From: an uncultured Lentimicrobiaceae bacterium
GTDB lineage: Bacteria; Bacteroidota; Bacteroidia; Bacteroidales; 4484-276
Length of the DNA stretch: 39,371 bases
Assembly (NCBI GenBank): GCA_964407625.1
Contig: CAYOWJ010000003.1
Location: 1-39,371, forward strand
Reading direction: 5' to 3'
The notes under the pieces are model-generated. The model did no database searches and was not told the DNA's origin. It saw only the letters and a list, made by a program, of their open reading frames with translations. This document shows, one piece after another, positions 26,049-34,032 of the stretch; positions within the stretch are counted from its first letter, which is position 1; every line of letters starts with the position of its first letter. Position numbers and translations under genes: made by a program.

Positions 26049-26930
26049 ATGAATATCAACCATTTGAAATTCGGCTTTTTGTTTTTGTTCTTTTTATCGT
26101 TTGCTTTTGCTGTGGGTCAGCCGGCAAACCAGGTTCAGCTTGTATCGGAACCAAAGGACAAAGCCTATGGCCGTTCTCATATTGACGATTTGAAGCCCAT
26201 TCCATATCCTTACCTGCGTGAATCCGACGTTTTTTGGGAAAAGCGTGTATGGAGAATGATTGATTTTAAAGAAAAAATGAATCAGCCTTTGTATTTCCCC
26301 GAAAGGCCACAAGGCCGTTGGAGAAGTTTAATGCAGGTATTGTGGGATGCAATCCTGGCTGGCGAAATTACAGCTTATGCTTATGAAACCAGTACTGATA
26401 ATTTTGAGGAACTAATCCCGATGACGGCCAACCAGATTGAGATGGAACTATCCGATACAACCATGCTTGAAACTGCCGACCCAAATAATCCGAATTCAAC
26501 GATATCAAAAAAAGTAATCAGTGGCTTTAATCCTCAGGATGTGTACAGATTAAGGGTTAAAGAGGACTGGATTTTTGATAAGCAGCGTTCGGAAATGCAG
26601 GTTAGAATAATTGGCATTTGCCCGGTTAAAGAAGACCTTGATCCGGTGACCGGGGAATTCCGTGGATTTAAACCACTGTTCTGGCTTTATTTCCCTGAAA
26701 TCAGGCCTGTACTCGCCCGTTATGAGTCCTATAACCGCCAAAACAGTGCAAATCGTTTAACCTACGATCAACTGTTTTTAATGCGGAAATTCAGTAGCAC
26801 CATCATCAAGGAAGATAATGTTTACGACCGTTATGTTGGTGATTACGCGCTCGGCGTTGACGCCTTGCTCGAAGCCGATCGCATCAAGAATTCGATTCGT
26901 GATTTTGAATCCGAACTTTGGGTTTATTAA
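26049..26930 (+). CDS. gldN: Gliding motility / T9SS ring protein GldN (PorN)
   Basis: Signal peptide MNINHLKFGFLFLFFLSFAFAVGQ and the block DVFWEKRVWRMIDFKEKMNQPLYFP characteristic of GldN. I trimmed the track ORF (25947) to the ATG at 26049 to remove the overlap with gldM. Confidence 0.88.
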   Translation: MNINHLKFGFLFLFFLSFAFAVGQPANQVQLVSEPKDKAYGRSHIDDLKPIPYPYLRESDVFWEKRVWRMIDFKEKMNQPLYFPERPQGRWRSLMQVLWDAILAGEITAYAYETSTDNFEELIPMTANQIEMELSDTTMLETADPNNPNSTISKKVISGFNPQDVYRLRVKEDWIFDKQRSEMQVRIIGICPVKEDLDPVTGEFRGFKPLFWLYFPEIRPVLARYESYNRQNSANRLTYDQLFLMRKFSSTIIKEDNVYDRYVGDYALGVDALLEADRIKNSIRDFESELWVY

Positions 26931-26952
26931 AATTTTAACAAAAAATACATTG

Positions 26953-26990
26953 AGAACTCCTTGCCCCCGGGTGAGGAGTTTTTATTTTAT
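26953..26990 (+). terminator. Intrinsic terminator after gldN
   Basis: AACTCCT (26955-26961) pairs with AGGAGTT (26974-26980), followed by TTTATTTT. Confidence 0.55.
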
Positions 26991-26995
26991 CTTTG
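26988..26995 (+). promoter_or_regulatory. Candidate -7 box TATCTTTG for recG
   Basis: Exact TAnnTTTG match 25 nt upstream of the recG ATG (27020). Confidence 0.4.
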
Positions 26996-27019
26996 CCCAA
27001 CCTCAAATAAAAGGAAAAT

Positions 27020-29125
27020 ATGCCTACAGATTTTCTGAATAATTCGATCGAATTTTTAAAAGGGGTGGGGCCAAAAAGGGCAGAAATGTTCAAAAGTGAA
27101 CTCGGTATTTTCACATTTGGCGATCTGCTTAATTATTTCCCTTTCCGATATGTTGATCGCAGCAAATTCTCTAAAATTTCGGAAATCGAAAGCGATTCGG
27201 TTTTCATCCAGGTTAAAGGTAAAATTTATGGATTAAATACCGTTGGCGAAGGCCGTGCAAAGCGACTTTCGGCAACTTTACGCGATGATACCGGCGAAAT
27301 CGATCTGATTTGGTTTCAGGGGCAGAAATGGGTTCTCGAAAAAATAAAGCCAAATGTCGAATACATCGTTTTCGGAAAACCAACATTATTTAAAAACCGA
27401 TTTAATTTTGCTCACCCCGAAATTGAAGCTGTTGCCGACGCTGAAACCGGCGTAAATGCAACCTTACAGCCTTTTTACAGTTCCACCGAAAAGCTTAAAA
27501 CCCGTGGTCTCGATAGCCGCGGAATCGCAAAACTCACCAAAAACCTTGTCGATCAGATTAATGGTGATGTCGAAGAAACACTTAACAGCGACATTGTAAA
27601 TAATCTTAAACTGATACCTCGCGAAAAGGCCATCATCAACATCCACCATCCCGAAGACCAGGCGATTTTGGATAAAGCCATCGCCAGGCTTAAATTTGAG
27701 GAGTTATTTTTTATCCAGCTTGCCCTGCTCAAAACCAAATTTATCCGGTCAACCAGTGTTCGCGGGCATAACTTTTCGGTTGTCGGGGAGCATTTCAATA
27801 CCTTTTATAAAAAACACCTTCCTTTTGAATTAACCGGAGCACAAAAAAGGGTTATTAAAGAAATTCGCGCAAACATGGGTTCTGGCCGACAGATGAACCG
27901 CCTTTTACAAGGTGACGTGGGCAGCGGAAAAACGCTGGTTGCCCTGATGTGCATGCTCATTGCGATGGATAATTATTACCAGGCGTGCCTCATGGCTCCA
28001 ACCGAAATACTTGCGCAACAGCATTTTGCCACCATCAGCAGGTTTTTAAAGGAAATGCCTGTCAAGATAAAATTGCTTACGGGTTCTGCAAAATCTGCCA
28101 AAAGGCGCATCATTCATCAGGAACTCGAAAATGGGGCCTTGAATATTTTGATCGGAACCCACGCTTTGATCGAAGAAAAAGTCGTGTTTCAGAATTTGGG
28201 TTTGGTTGTCATTGATGAGCAGCATCGTTTTGGTGTTGAACAACGCGCCAAACTCTGGAAAAAAAATGACATTCCGCCACATGTGCTGGTGATGACGGCG
28301 ACGCCAATTCCGCGTACCCTCGCCATGACGGTTTACGGCGACCTCGACGTTTCGGTGATTGATGAACTGCCGCCTGGCCGGAAAGCGGTGCAGACCTTGC
28401 ATTATTTCGATACCAAACGACCGCAGGTTTTTGGATTTCTGAGAAAGCAAATCGCCCTGGGGCGTCAGATTTATGTAGTTTATCCTTTAATAAACGAGTC
28501 CGAAACATTGGATTTGAAGGATTTGATGGATGGGTTCGAAAGTTTTACCCGTGAATTTCCTTTGCCTGAATATGCGATAAGTATGGTGCATGGTCAGATG
28601 AAAACTGAGGAAAAAGATTTTGAGATGCAGCGGTTTATCAAAGGTGAGACACAGATTATGGTTGCCACAACCGTGATCGAAGTGGGGGTTGATGTTCCGA
28701 ATGCTTCGGTGATGGTGATCGAAAATGCCGAGCGCTTCGGTCTTTCACAGATGCACCAGCTTCGTGGAAGGGTAGGACGTGGCGCCGATCAATCGTTCTG
28801 TATTTTGATGACTGGTTACAAACTTACCAAAGAAGCCAAAACACGTATCGAGACCATGGTGCGGACTACCGATGGGTTCGAAATTGCCGAAGTTGACATG
28901 CAGATCCGTGGCCCCGGAGATATGCACGGAACCCAGCAAAGTGGGGTTTTGGACCTTCAATTGGCCGACATTGTCCGCGATGAAAAAATTCTGAAATATG
29001 CCCGTAATTTAGCTGCTGACATCCTCGAAAAAGACCCGCTGCTCGAGTCACCTCAAAACAGAATCCTCTCCATCCGGTTAAAGCAACTTCAAAAACATCG
29101 CAGCGACTGGAGTAAAATCAGTTAA
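27020..29125 (+). CDS. recG: ATP-dependent DNA helicase RecG
   Basis: 701 aa with an N-terminal wedge/OB region. Helicase motifs are GDVGSGKT (Walker A), DEQHRFGV (motif II), MTATPIPRT and QLRGRVGRG (motif VI). Confidence 0.93.
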   Translation: MPTDFLNNSIEFLKGVGPKRAEMFKSELGIFTFGDLLNYFPFRYVDRSKFSKISEIESDSVFIQVKGKIYGLNTVGEGRAKRLSATLRDDTGEIDLIWFQGQKWVLEKIKPNVEYIVFGKPTLFKNRFNFAHPEIEAVADAETGVNATLQPFYSSTEKLKTRGLDSRGIAKLTKNLVDQINGDVEETLNSDIVNNLKLIPREKAIINIHHPEDQAILDKAIARLKFEELFFIQLALLKTKFIRSTSVRGHNFSVVGEHFNTFYKKHLPFELTGAQKRVIKEIRANMGSGRQMNRLLQGDVGSGKTLVALMCMLIAMDNYYQACLMAPTEILAQQHFATISRFLKEMPVKIKLLTGSAKSAKRRIIHQELENGALNILIGTHALIEEKVVFQNLGLVVIDEQHRFGVEQRAKLWKKNDIPPHVLVMTATPIPRTLAMTVYGDLDVSVIDELPPGRKAVQTLHYFDTKRPQVFGFLRKQIALGRQIYVVYPLINESETLDLKDLMDGFESFTREFPLPEYAISMVHGQMKTEEKDFEMQRFIKGETQIMVATTVIEVGVDVPNASVMVIENAERFGLSQMHQLRGRVGRGADQSFCILMTGYKLTKEAKTRIETMVRTTDGFEIAEVDMQIRGPGDMHGTQQSGVLDLQLADIVRDEKILKYARNLAADILEKDPLLESPQNRILSIRLKQLQKHRSDWSKIS

Positions 29126-29174
29126 TGTCGTCCTTCAACTTCATAAACTCTCCTGTTCTTTAATCTCATTTTAT

Positions 29175-29182
29175 TACTTTTG
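29175..29182 (+). promoter_or_regulatory. Candidate -7 box TACTTTTG for pheT
   Basis: Exact TAnnTTTG match 29 nt upstream of the pheT ATG (29211). Confidence 0.4.
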
Positions 29183-29210
29183 CCAACTTTAAAATTAAAA
29201 TATCCAGCTT

Positions 29211-31673
29211 ATGAAAATTTCCTATAATTGGCTTAAAGATTATATTGATATTGACCTTGATCCCGAAAAGGTTGCAACCATTTTAACCAACACCGGCCTC
29301 GAAGTCGAAAAATATGAGAAAATCGAGACCATTAAAGGTGGCCTGAATGGCGTGGTGATCGGGGAAGTGAAAACCTGTGCTAAACATCCCGGTGCCGATA
29401 AATTAAGCGTTACCACCGTTGATGTTGGTGGAGGAAATATTCTGCCCATCGTTTGTGGTGCACCAAATGTTGCTGCCGGACAAAAAGTTCTGGTTGCCAC
29501 CGTTGGAACAACGCTCTATTCGGGAGGAAATCCATTCGAGATCAAGAAGGCAAAAATCCGGGGTGAAGTTTCAGAAGGGATGATCTGTGCTGAGGATGAA
29601 CTTGGTTTGGGTGTTTCGCACGACGGAATTATGGTTTTGCCCGGTGATGTTGAAGTTGGGATGCCGGCCAGGGAATATTTTAATATTGAGGATGATTACG
29701 TTTTTGAAATCGGATTAACACCAAACCGCACCGACGCTATGTCGCACATTGGTGTTGCCCGCGACCTCATCGCTTCGCTAAACCTGCAAAATCCACAAAA
29801 CCCGGTTTCGTTGATCAAACCTTGCGTTGACAGTTTTAAAACTGACAATCAGAGCAGGCCTTTTGAAGTGATTATTGAGGACAGCGAAGCCTGCCCACGT
29901 TATTCCGGACTAACCATCACGGGAGTTGAAGTTAAAGATTCGCCCGATTGGCTCAAAAACCGGCTTTTGGCAATTGGCCTTCGTCCCATCAATAACCTGG
30001 TCGATATCAGCAACTATATTTTGCATGAAACCGGTCATCCAACCCACTTTTTTGATGCCGACAAAATTGCCGGCGACAGGGTAATTATTAAAAAACTCCC
30101 CAAAGGGACCAAATTTGTTACCCTCGATGAAACCGAACGGGAGCTGTCAGGTGAAGATCTGATGATTTGCAATGCCAGCGACGGCATGTGCATCGCCGGA
30201 GTTTTTGGTGGTTTACATTCCGGCGTGACTGCCGAAACAAAAAACGTGTTTCTCGAGAGTGCCTATTTCGATTCGAAAACGCTACGGAAAACTTCCCGCT
30301 TTCATGGGCTTAACACCGATTCGTCGTTCAGGTTTGAGCGCGGTGCCGACCCGAATAATACCATTTATGCGCTTAAGCGGGCAGCAATGCTCATCAAGGA
30401 ATTGGCCGGCGGAACCATCGCTTCCGGAATTATTGATGTTTACCCAAATCCAATCTCCAATTGGCAGATTAAGCTGAGCTATCAAAACATCAACAGGCTG
30501 ATTGGTAAAAATATCGATGCTGATAAAATTAAAGATATTCTTATCTGGCTTGGTATGGAAGTAATTGATGATGACGAAAATGACCTCACCGTTGAAGTTC
30601 CGACCTTTAAAGTTGATGTGAAGCGTGAAGCCGACGTGATTGAGGAAATTTTGCGGATTTACGGCTACAACAACATCGAATTTCCTGATCAGCTCAGGTC
30701 GTCGCTTTCATTTGTAAAAAAACCGGATCCCGAATTTCTTCAGAATATGATTTCGGATTATCTTTCAGGAAACGGCTTTGCGGAGGTTATGAATAATTCG
30801 CTTACCAAATCGCAGTATGCCGAAAAATTTGGGGTAATCAAGCCGGAAAATGACGTTAAAATTATGAACGCGCTCAGCTCCGATTTAAACGTTCTCAGGC
30901 AAAGCCTTTTGTTTTCAGGGCTGGAGACCATTCTTTACAATTATAACCACAAAAATACAAACCTGAAAATTTATGAGTTCGGAAAAGCTTATCATCAGGA
31001 TAATCATAAAGCAAAGCCAAACGATTCGCTGGCAAAATTCAAGGAGGAAATGCACCTTGCAGTTTTTCTCACCGGAAAGATAAACAACGAAAGCTGGTAC
31101 CAGCCTCAGCGTGATGCCGACTTTTTCGTTCTCAAGCAATTTGTCGTGAATATCCTCAAAAGGCTGGGTTTGAATGAAGCCATGTTTTCGCAAACCGACC
31201 TCAATAATGAAGTTTTTGAGATGGGTTTGAGCTATGAATCAGGCAATAAAAAAATCGTTGGATTTGGTTTATTAAACCAAAAGCTGGTTAAAGCTTTTGA
31301 TATCAGGCAAGATGTTTATTATGCTGATTTCGATTGGGAGCTGATGCTTCATTTGATAAAAAACCATAAAGTTTTATATCGGGAAGTTTCGAAATATCCC
31401 GGAGTGCGCCGCGATCTTGCATTGCTGGTCGATCATGAAGTGAAGTTTGAAGACCTGAAAAAACTGGCTTTCGAAACCGAAAAATTTATTTTGCAGGAGG
31501 TTAGTCTTTTTGATGTTTATGAAGGCGAAAAAATCGAAAAAGGCAAAAAATCCTATGCCCTGAGTTTTATTTTACAAGATGAAAAAAGAACCCTCACCGA
31601 TAAAATCATTGATAAAACAATGCAAAAACTGGTCGAGGCTTTTACTAATAAATTCAATGCAACCTTAAGGTAG
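29211..31673 (+). CDS. pheT: Phenylalanine--tRNA ligase beta subunit
   Basis: 820 aa with the canonical N-terminus MKISYNWLKDYIDIDLDPEKVA, the tRNA-binding OB domain, B3/4 and B5 domains and the C-terminal FDX-ACB domain (DVYEGEKIEKGKKSYALSF). Confidence 0.95.
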   Translation: MKISYNWLKDYIDIDLDPEKVATILTNTGLEVEKYEKIETIKGGLNGVVIGEVKTCAKHPGADKLSVTTVDVGGGNILPIVCGAPNVAAGQKVLVATVGTTLYSGGNPFEIKKAKIRGEVSEGMICAEDELGLGVSHDGIMVLPGDVEVGMPAREYFNIEDDYVFEIGLTPNRTDAMSHIGVARDLIASLNLQNPQNPVSLIKPCVDSFKTDNQSRPFEVIIEDSEACPRYSGLTITGVEVKDSPDWLKNRLLAIGLRPINNLVDISNYILHETGHPTHFFDADKIAGDRVIIKKLPKGTKFVTLDETERELSGEDLMICNASDGMCIAGVFGGLHSGVTAETKNVFLESAYFDSKTLRKTSRFHGLNTDSSFRFERGADPNNTIYALKRAAMLIKELAGGTIASGIIDVYPNPISNWQIKLSYQNINRLIGKNIDADKIKDILIWLGMEVIDDDENDLTVEVPTFKVDVKREADVIEEILRIYGYNNIEFPDQLRSSLSFVKKPDPEFLQNMISDYLSGNGFAEVMNNSLTKSQYAEKFGVIKPENDVKIMNALSSDLNVLRQSLLFSGLETILYNYNHKNTNLKIYEFGKAYHQDNHKAKPNDSLAKFKEEMHLAVFLTGKINNESWYQPQRDADFFVLKQFVVNILKRLGLNEAMFSQTDLNNEVFEMGLSYESGNKKIVGFGLLNQKLVKAFDIRQDVYYADFDWELMLHLIKNHKVLYREVSKYPGVRRDLALLVDHEVKFEDLKKLAFETEKFILQEVSLFDVYEGEKIEKGKKSYALSFILQDEKRTLTDKIIDKTMQKLVEAFTNKFNATLR

Positions 31674-31685
31674 AAATTAACAAAA

Positions 31686-33332
31686 ATGGAAAAAGAAACG
31701 AAGTACTCTGTAAACCCGGCCGGCGAAAAATTCCCAATTCCCCTTAAAAATGAATACAAGGAAGAATACGACCGCATTAAAAAGTTGAGCGATGAAGCAC
31801 GTGACCAGGGTAAAGAAATTGTTGTGGTGATGGGTGTTGGCTTTGTAGGTGCGGTAATGGCCGCCATTGTTGCCGACACCGTTGATAAAAAAAACGGTAA
31901 TCCCAGTAAATTTGTAATCGGATGCCAGCGCCCAAGTGAGCGCAGTTACTGGAAAATTCCGATGCTTAACCGCGGCGAATCACCCGTGAAAGCCGAAGAT
32001 CCGAATGTTGAATTGTTGATTGGCAGGTGCGTAAAAGAAAAACGAACCCTCGTTGCAACCTACAACAGCGATGTTTTGGAACTAGCCGATACCGTGGTTG
32101 TTGACGTTCAGTGCGATTACCAGAAAAAGCAACTTGGTAATATGAAAACCGGCGAAGCCGACATGGCCGCCCTCGAAGCCACGATGCGCTCCATTGGCCA
32201 GAAAATCCAGCCGCACTGTATGGTTTTGATCGAAACCACTGTTGCGCCTGGCACCACCGAGTTTGTGGCATGGCCAATCTTAAAAAAAGCATTTGCAAAA
32301 CGAGGGATAAAAACTACACCAATTCTGGCGCATAGTTTCGAGCGTGTAATGCCCGGACGCGAATATGTTTCGAGTATCCGCGATTTCTGGCGCGTTTGCA
32401 GCGGCTGCAACAGTGAAGCCCGTGCGCGCGTCGAGAAATTCCTTCACGAAGTTTTAAACACTAAAGATTTTCCTTTGACGGTGATGGATCGCCCCATCGA
32501 ATCGGAGACTACAAAAATTGTCGAAAACTCATACAGGGCAACCATCCTGGCTTATCTCCATGAGTGGAGCATCTTTGCCGAAAGAAACGGCGTTGACCTT
32601 GTTAAGGTGATCGATGCCATAAAAATGCGCCCAACGCACAGCAACATGATTTTCCCGGGACCTGGCATAGGCGGTTATTGCCTCCCAAAAGATGGCGGCC
32701 TCGGTTATTGGGCTTACCGGCATATTCTGGGTTTTGAAGATGGCGACGATTTATTTAAAATTACTCCGACGGCCATCGACATCAACGATACCCGCGGTTT
32801 GCATGTGGCGCAGCTTACCCGCGATGCCCTCCGCAACATGGCACGTTACATTGCCGGTGCCGAAGTTTTGATTTGCGGAGCCAGCTACCGGCAGGATGTT
32901 GGCGACACGCGATACAGCGGCAGCGAAATGGTGGTTCGCAAACTCACCGAGCTGGGTGCCGAAATGCGCGTTCACGACCCTTACGTCGAGCACTGGTACG
33001 AACTGGAAAGTCAGGAAGATTACCCTTCACCGGGAACTTCATGGAAAAGGTTTTTCAGAAACCAGGAGCATTTAAACGAAATGAAGGTGAGCCAAAACCT
33101 GCAGGAGTCACTTAAAGGTGTGGAGGCAGTCATTTTTGCCGTGCCTCATCACCAATATTCCGACCTTTCGCCCGATGATATCGTGAAATGGGCAGGTGGC
33201 CCGGTGGCCATTGTGGATGCTTTCGGGATGCTTTCGGACGAAAAAATCAGGCGGTATTTTGAATTAGGCTGCGAAGTAAAAGCACTTGGCAGAGGCCATG
33301 TTCAAAGGATTAAAAAGGAAGTGAAGGGGTAA
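31686..33332 (+). CDS. Nucleotide-sugar dehydrogenase (UDP-glucose/GDP-mannose dehydrogenase family), atypically long form
   Basis: 548 aa with the Rossmann motif VVVMGVGFVGAVMA about 45 residues in, the catalytic Cys motif GIGGYCLPKDG and a C-terminal UDP-binding-domain-like segment. The ATG is only 12 nt after the pheT stop. Confidence 0.8.
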   Translation: MEKETKYSVNPAGEKFPIPLKNEYKEEYDRIKKLSDEARDQGKEIVVVMGVGFVGAVMAAIVADTVDKKNGNPSKFVIGCQRPSERSYWKIPMLNRGESPVKAEDPNVELLIGRCVKEKRTLVATYNSDVLELADTVVVDVQCDYQKKQLGNMKTGEADMAALEATMRSIGQKIQPHCMVLIETTVAPGTTEFVAWPILKKAFAKRGIKTTPILAHSFERVMPGREYVSSIRDFWRVCSGCNSEARARVEKFLHEVLNTKDFPLTVMDRPIESETTKIVENSYRATILAYLHEWSIFAERNGVDLVKVIDAIKMRPTHSNMIFPGPGIGGYCLPKDGGLGYWAYRHILGFEDGDDLFKITPTAIDINDTRGLHVAQLTRDALRNMARYIAGAEVLICGASYRQDVGDTRYSGSEMVVRKLTELGAEMRVHDPYVEHWYELESQEDYPSPGTSWKRFFRNQEHLNEMKVSQNLQESLKGVEAVIFAVPHHQYSDLSPDDIVKWAGGPVAIVDAFGMLSDEKIRRYFELGCEVKALGRGHVQRIKKEVKG

Positions 33333-33358
33333 GATTTATTCTGCTTCTTTAATACAAT

Positions 33359-33398
33359 GAGGCCGAACCAGAGTTTAATGGTTCGGCCTCGACTTTTT
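33359..33398 (+). terminator. Intrinsic terminator after the pheT-dehydrogenase unit (hairpin shared with the convergent gene)
   Basis: GAGGCCGAACC (33359-33369) pairs with GGTTCGGCCTC (33380-33390), an 11-bp perfect stem. GACTTTTT follows on the plus strand; the trailing tract on the minus strand is weak. Confidence 0.7.
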
Positions 33399-33427
33399 AA
33401 TATCGTTTAAGATGATAGGCTTACTTT

Positions 33428-33859
33428 TTAAAGCAATCCTGCATTCTTTAAAATTTCTGCGAAACCGGGATTAATTTTTGCGTGTTCTCTGGTCACAAAT
33501 TCAATTTTACTCATACGCTCTTCTAAACTCAACGTTTTATTTTGAACAGGATTAAGTGCTGTGCGGCGATCCCAGATAATGTAACCAAAAAGAAACAGCA
33601 TCAGGGCAATCAAGATTCCAAAGCCCCAATAAAGCGTTTCAATTTTTGAATCAATAGCTTCGAATTTCGTGTCAATTGCTCCAAATTTCGTATCCAAAGC
33701 CTCAAATTTTGTATTCATTTCATTCCTCAAAGATTGAACCCGTTCTTCGGTGCGCATAATTCGATCGCGGTCTTCCAAAGTAAAATTTACCTGTTGCGAC
33801 TGTGGTGTAGCTTGCAACATCGCGATAAAAAACAATATGATTAAACCAGTTTTTTTCAT
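33428..33859 (-). CDS. Hypothetical single-pass membrane protein with a heptad tandem repeat
   Basis: 143 aa with signal peptide MKKTGLIILFFIAMLQA, the repeat KFEALDT/KFGAIDT/KFEAIDS/KIETL, the TM helix WGFGILIALMLFLFGYIIW and a conserved-looking tail INPGFAEILKNAGLL. Confidence 0.6.
   Translation of the reverse strand: MKKTGLIILFFIAMLQATPQSQQVNFTLEDRDRIMRTEERVQSLRNEMNTKFEALDTKFGAIDTKFEAIDSKIETLYWGFGILIALMLFLFGYIIWDRRTALNPVQNKTLSLEERMSKIEFVTREHAKINPGFAEILKNAGLL
33648..33710 (-). repeat. Three tandem 21-nt units inside the 143-aa ORF
   Basis: Plus-strand units are gaatcaatagcttcgaatttc, gtgtcaattgctccaaatttc and gtatccaaagcctcaaatttt. They encode the 7-aa protein repeat. Confidence 0.7.
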
Positions 33860-33880
33860 GATTCCTATCGTTAACGATCA

Positions 33881-33888
33881 CAAAGATA
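33881..33888 (-). promoter_or_regulatory. Candidate -7 box (TATCTTTG on the minus strand) for the 143-aa gene
   Basis: Plus-strand CAAAGATA is the reverse complement of TAnnTTTG, 22 nt upstream of the ATG at 33859. Confidence 0.3.
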
Positions 33889-34032
33889 GAGAAATTATTA
33901 AAGATAATTCATTAATTTTTCTGTCTTAATTTCCAAATTTTTCTGCCTGGATGAAGTTATAGGCCGGATAATACAATCAAGAATACAAAATGAACCAACC
34001 AGCCTTTGCTTTTGTTTTTGAAAATAAAAACC

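Noticed and set aside
27464-29051. Several 60-134-aa ORFs antisense or out of frame within recG (e.g. 28046-28450, 28209-28508, 28745-28960)
   Set aside because: They lie wholly inside an intact, motif-complete recG. This stretch is locally GC-rich (about 53% in a sampled line), which suppresses stop codons in the other frames. Their sequences are Arg/His/Pro-rich and nonsensical.
31966-33115. Antisense or alternative-frame ORFs inside the 548-aa dehydrogenase gene, and the idea that its higher GC marks horizontal transfer
   Set aside because: Same GC artefact. The recG helicase core shows a similar GC rise, so high GC here tracks conserved domains rather than foreign DNA. There are no flanking repeats, tRNA genes or integrase genes.
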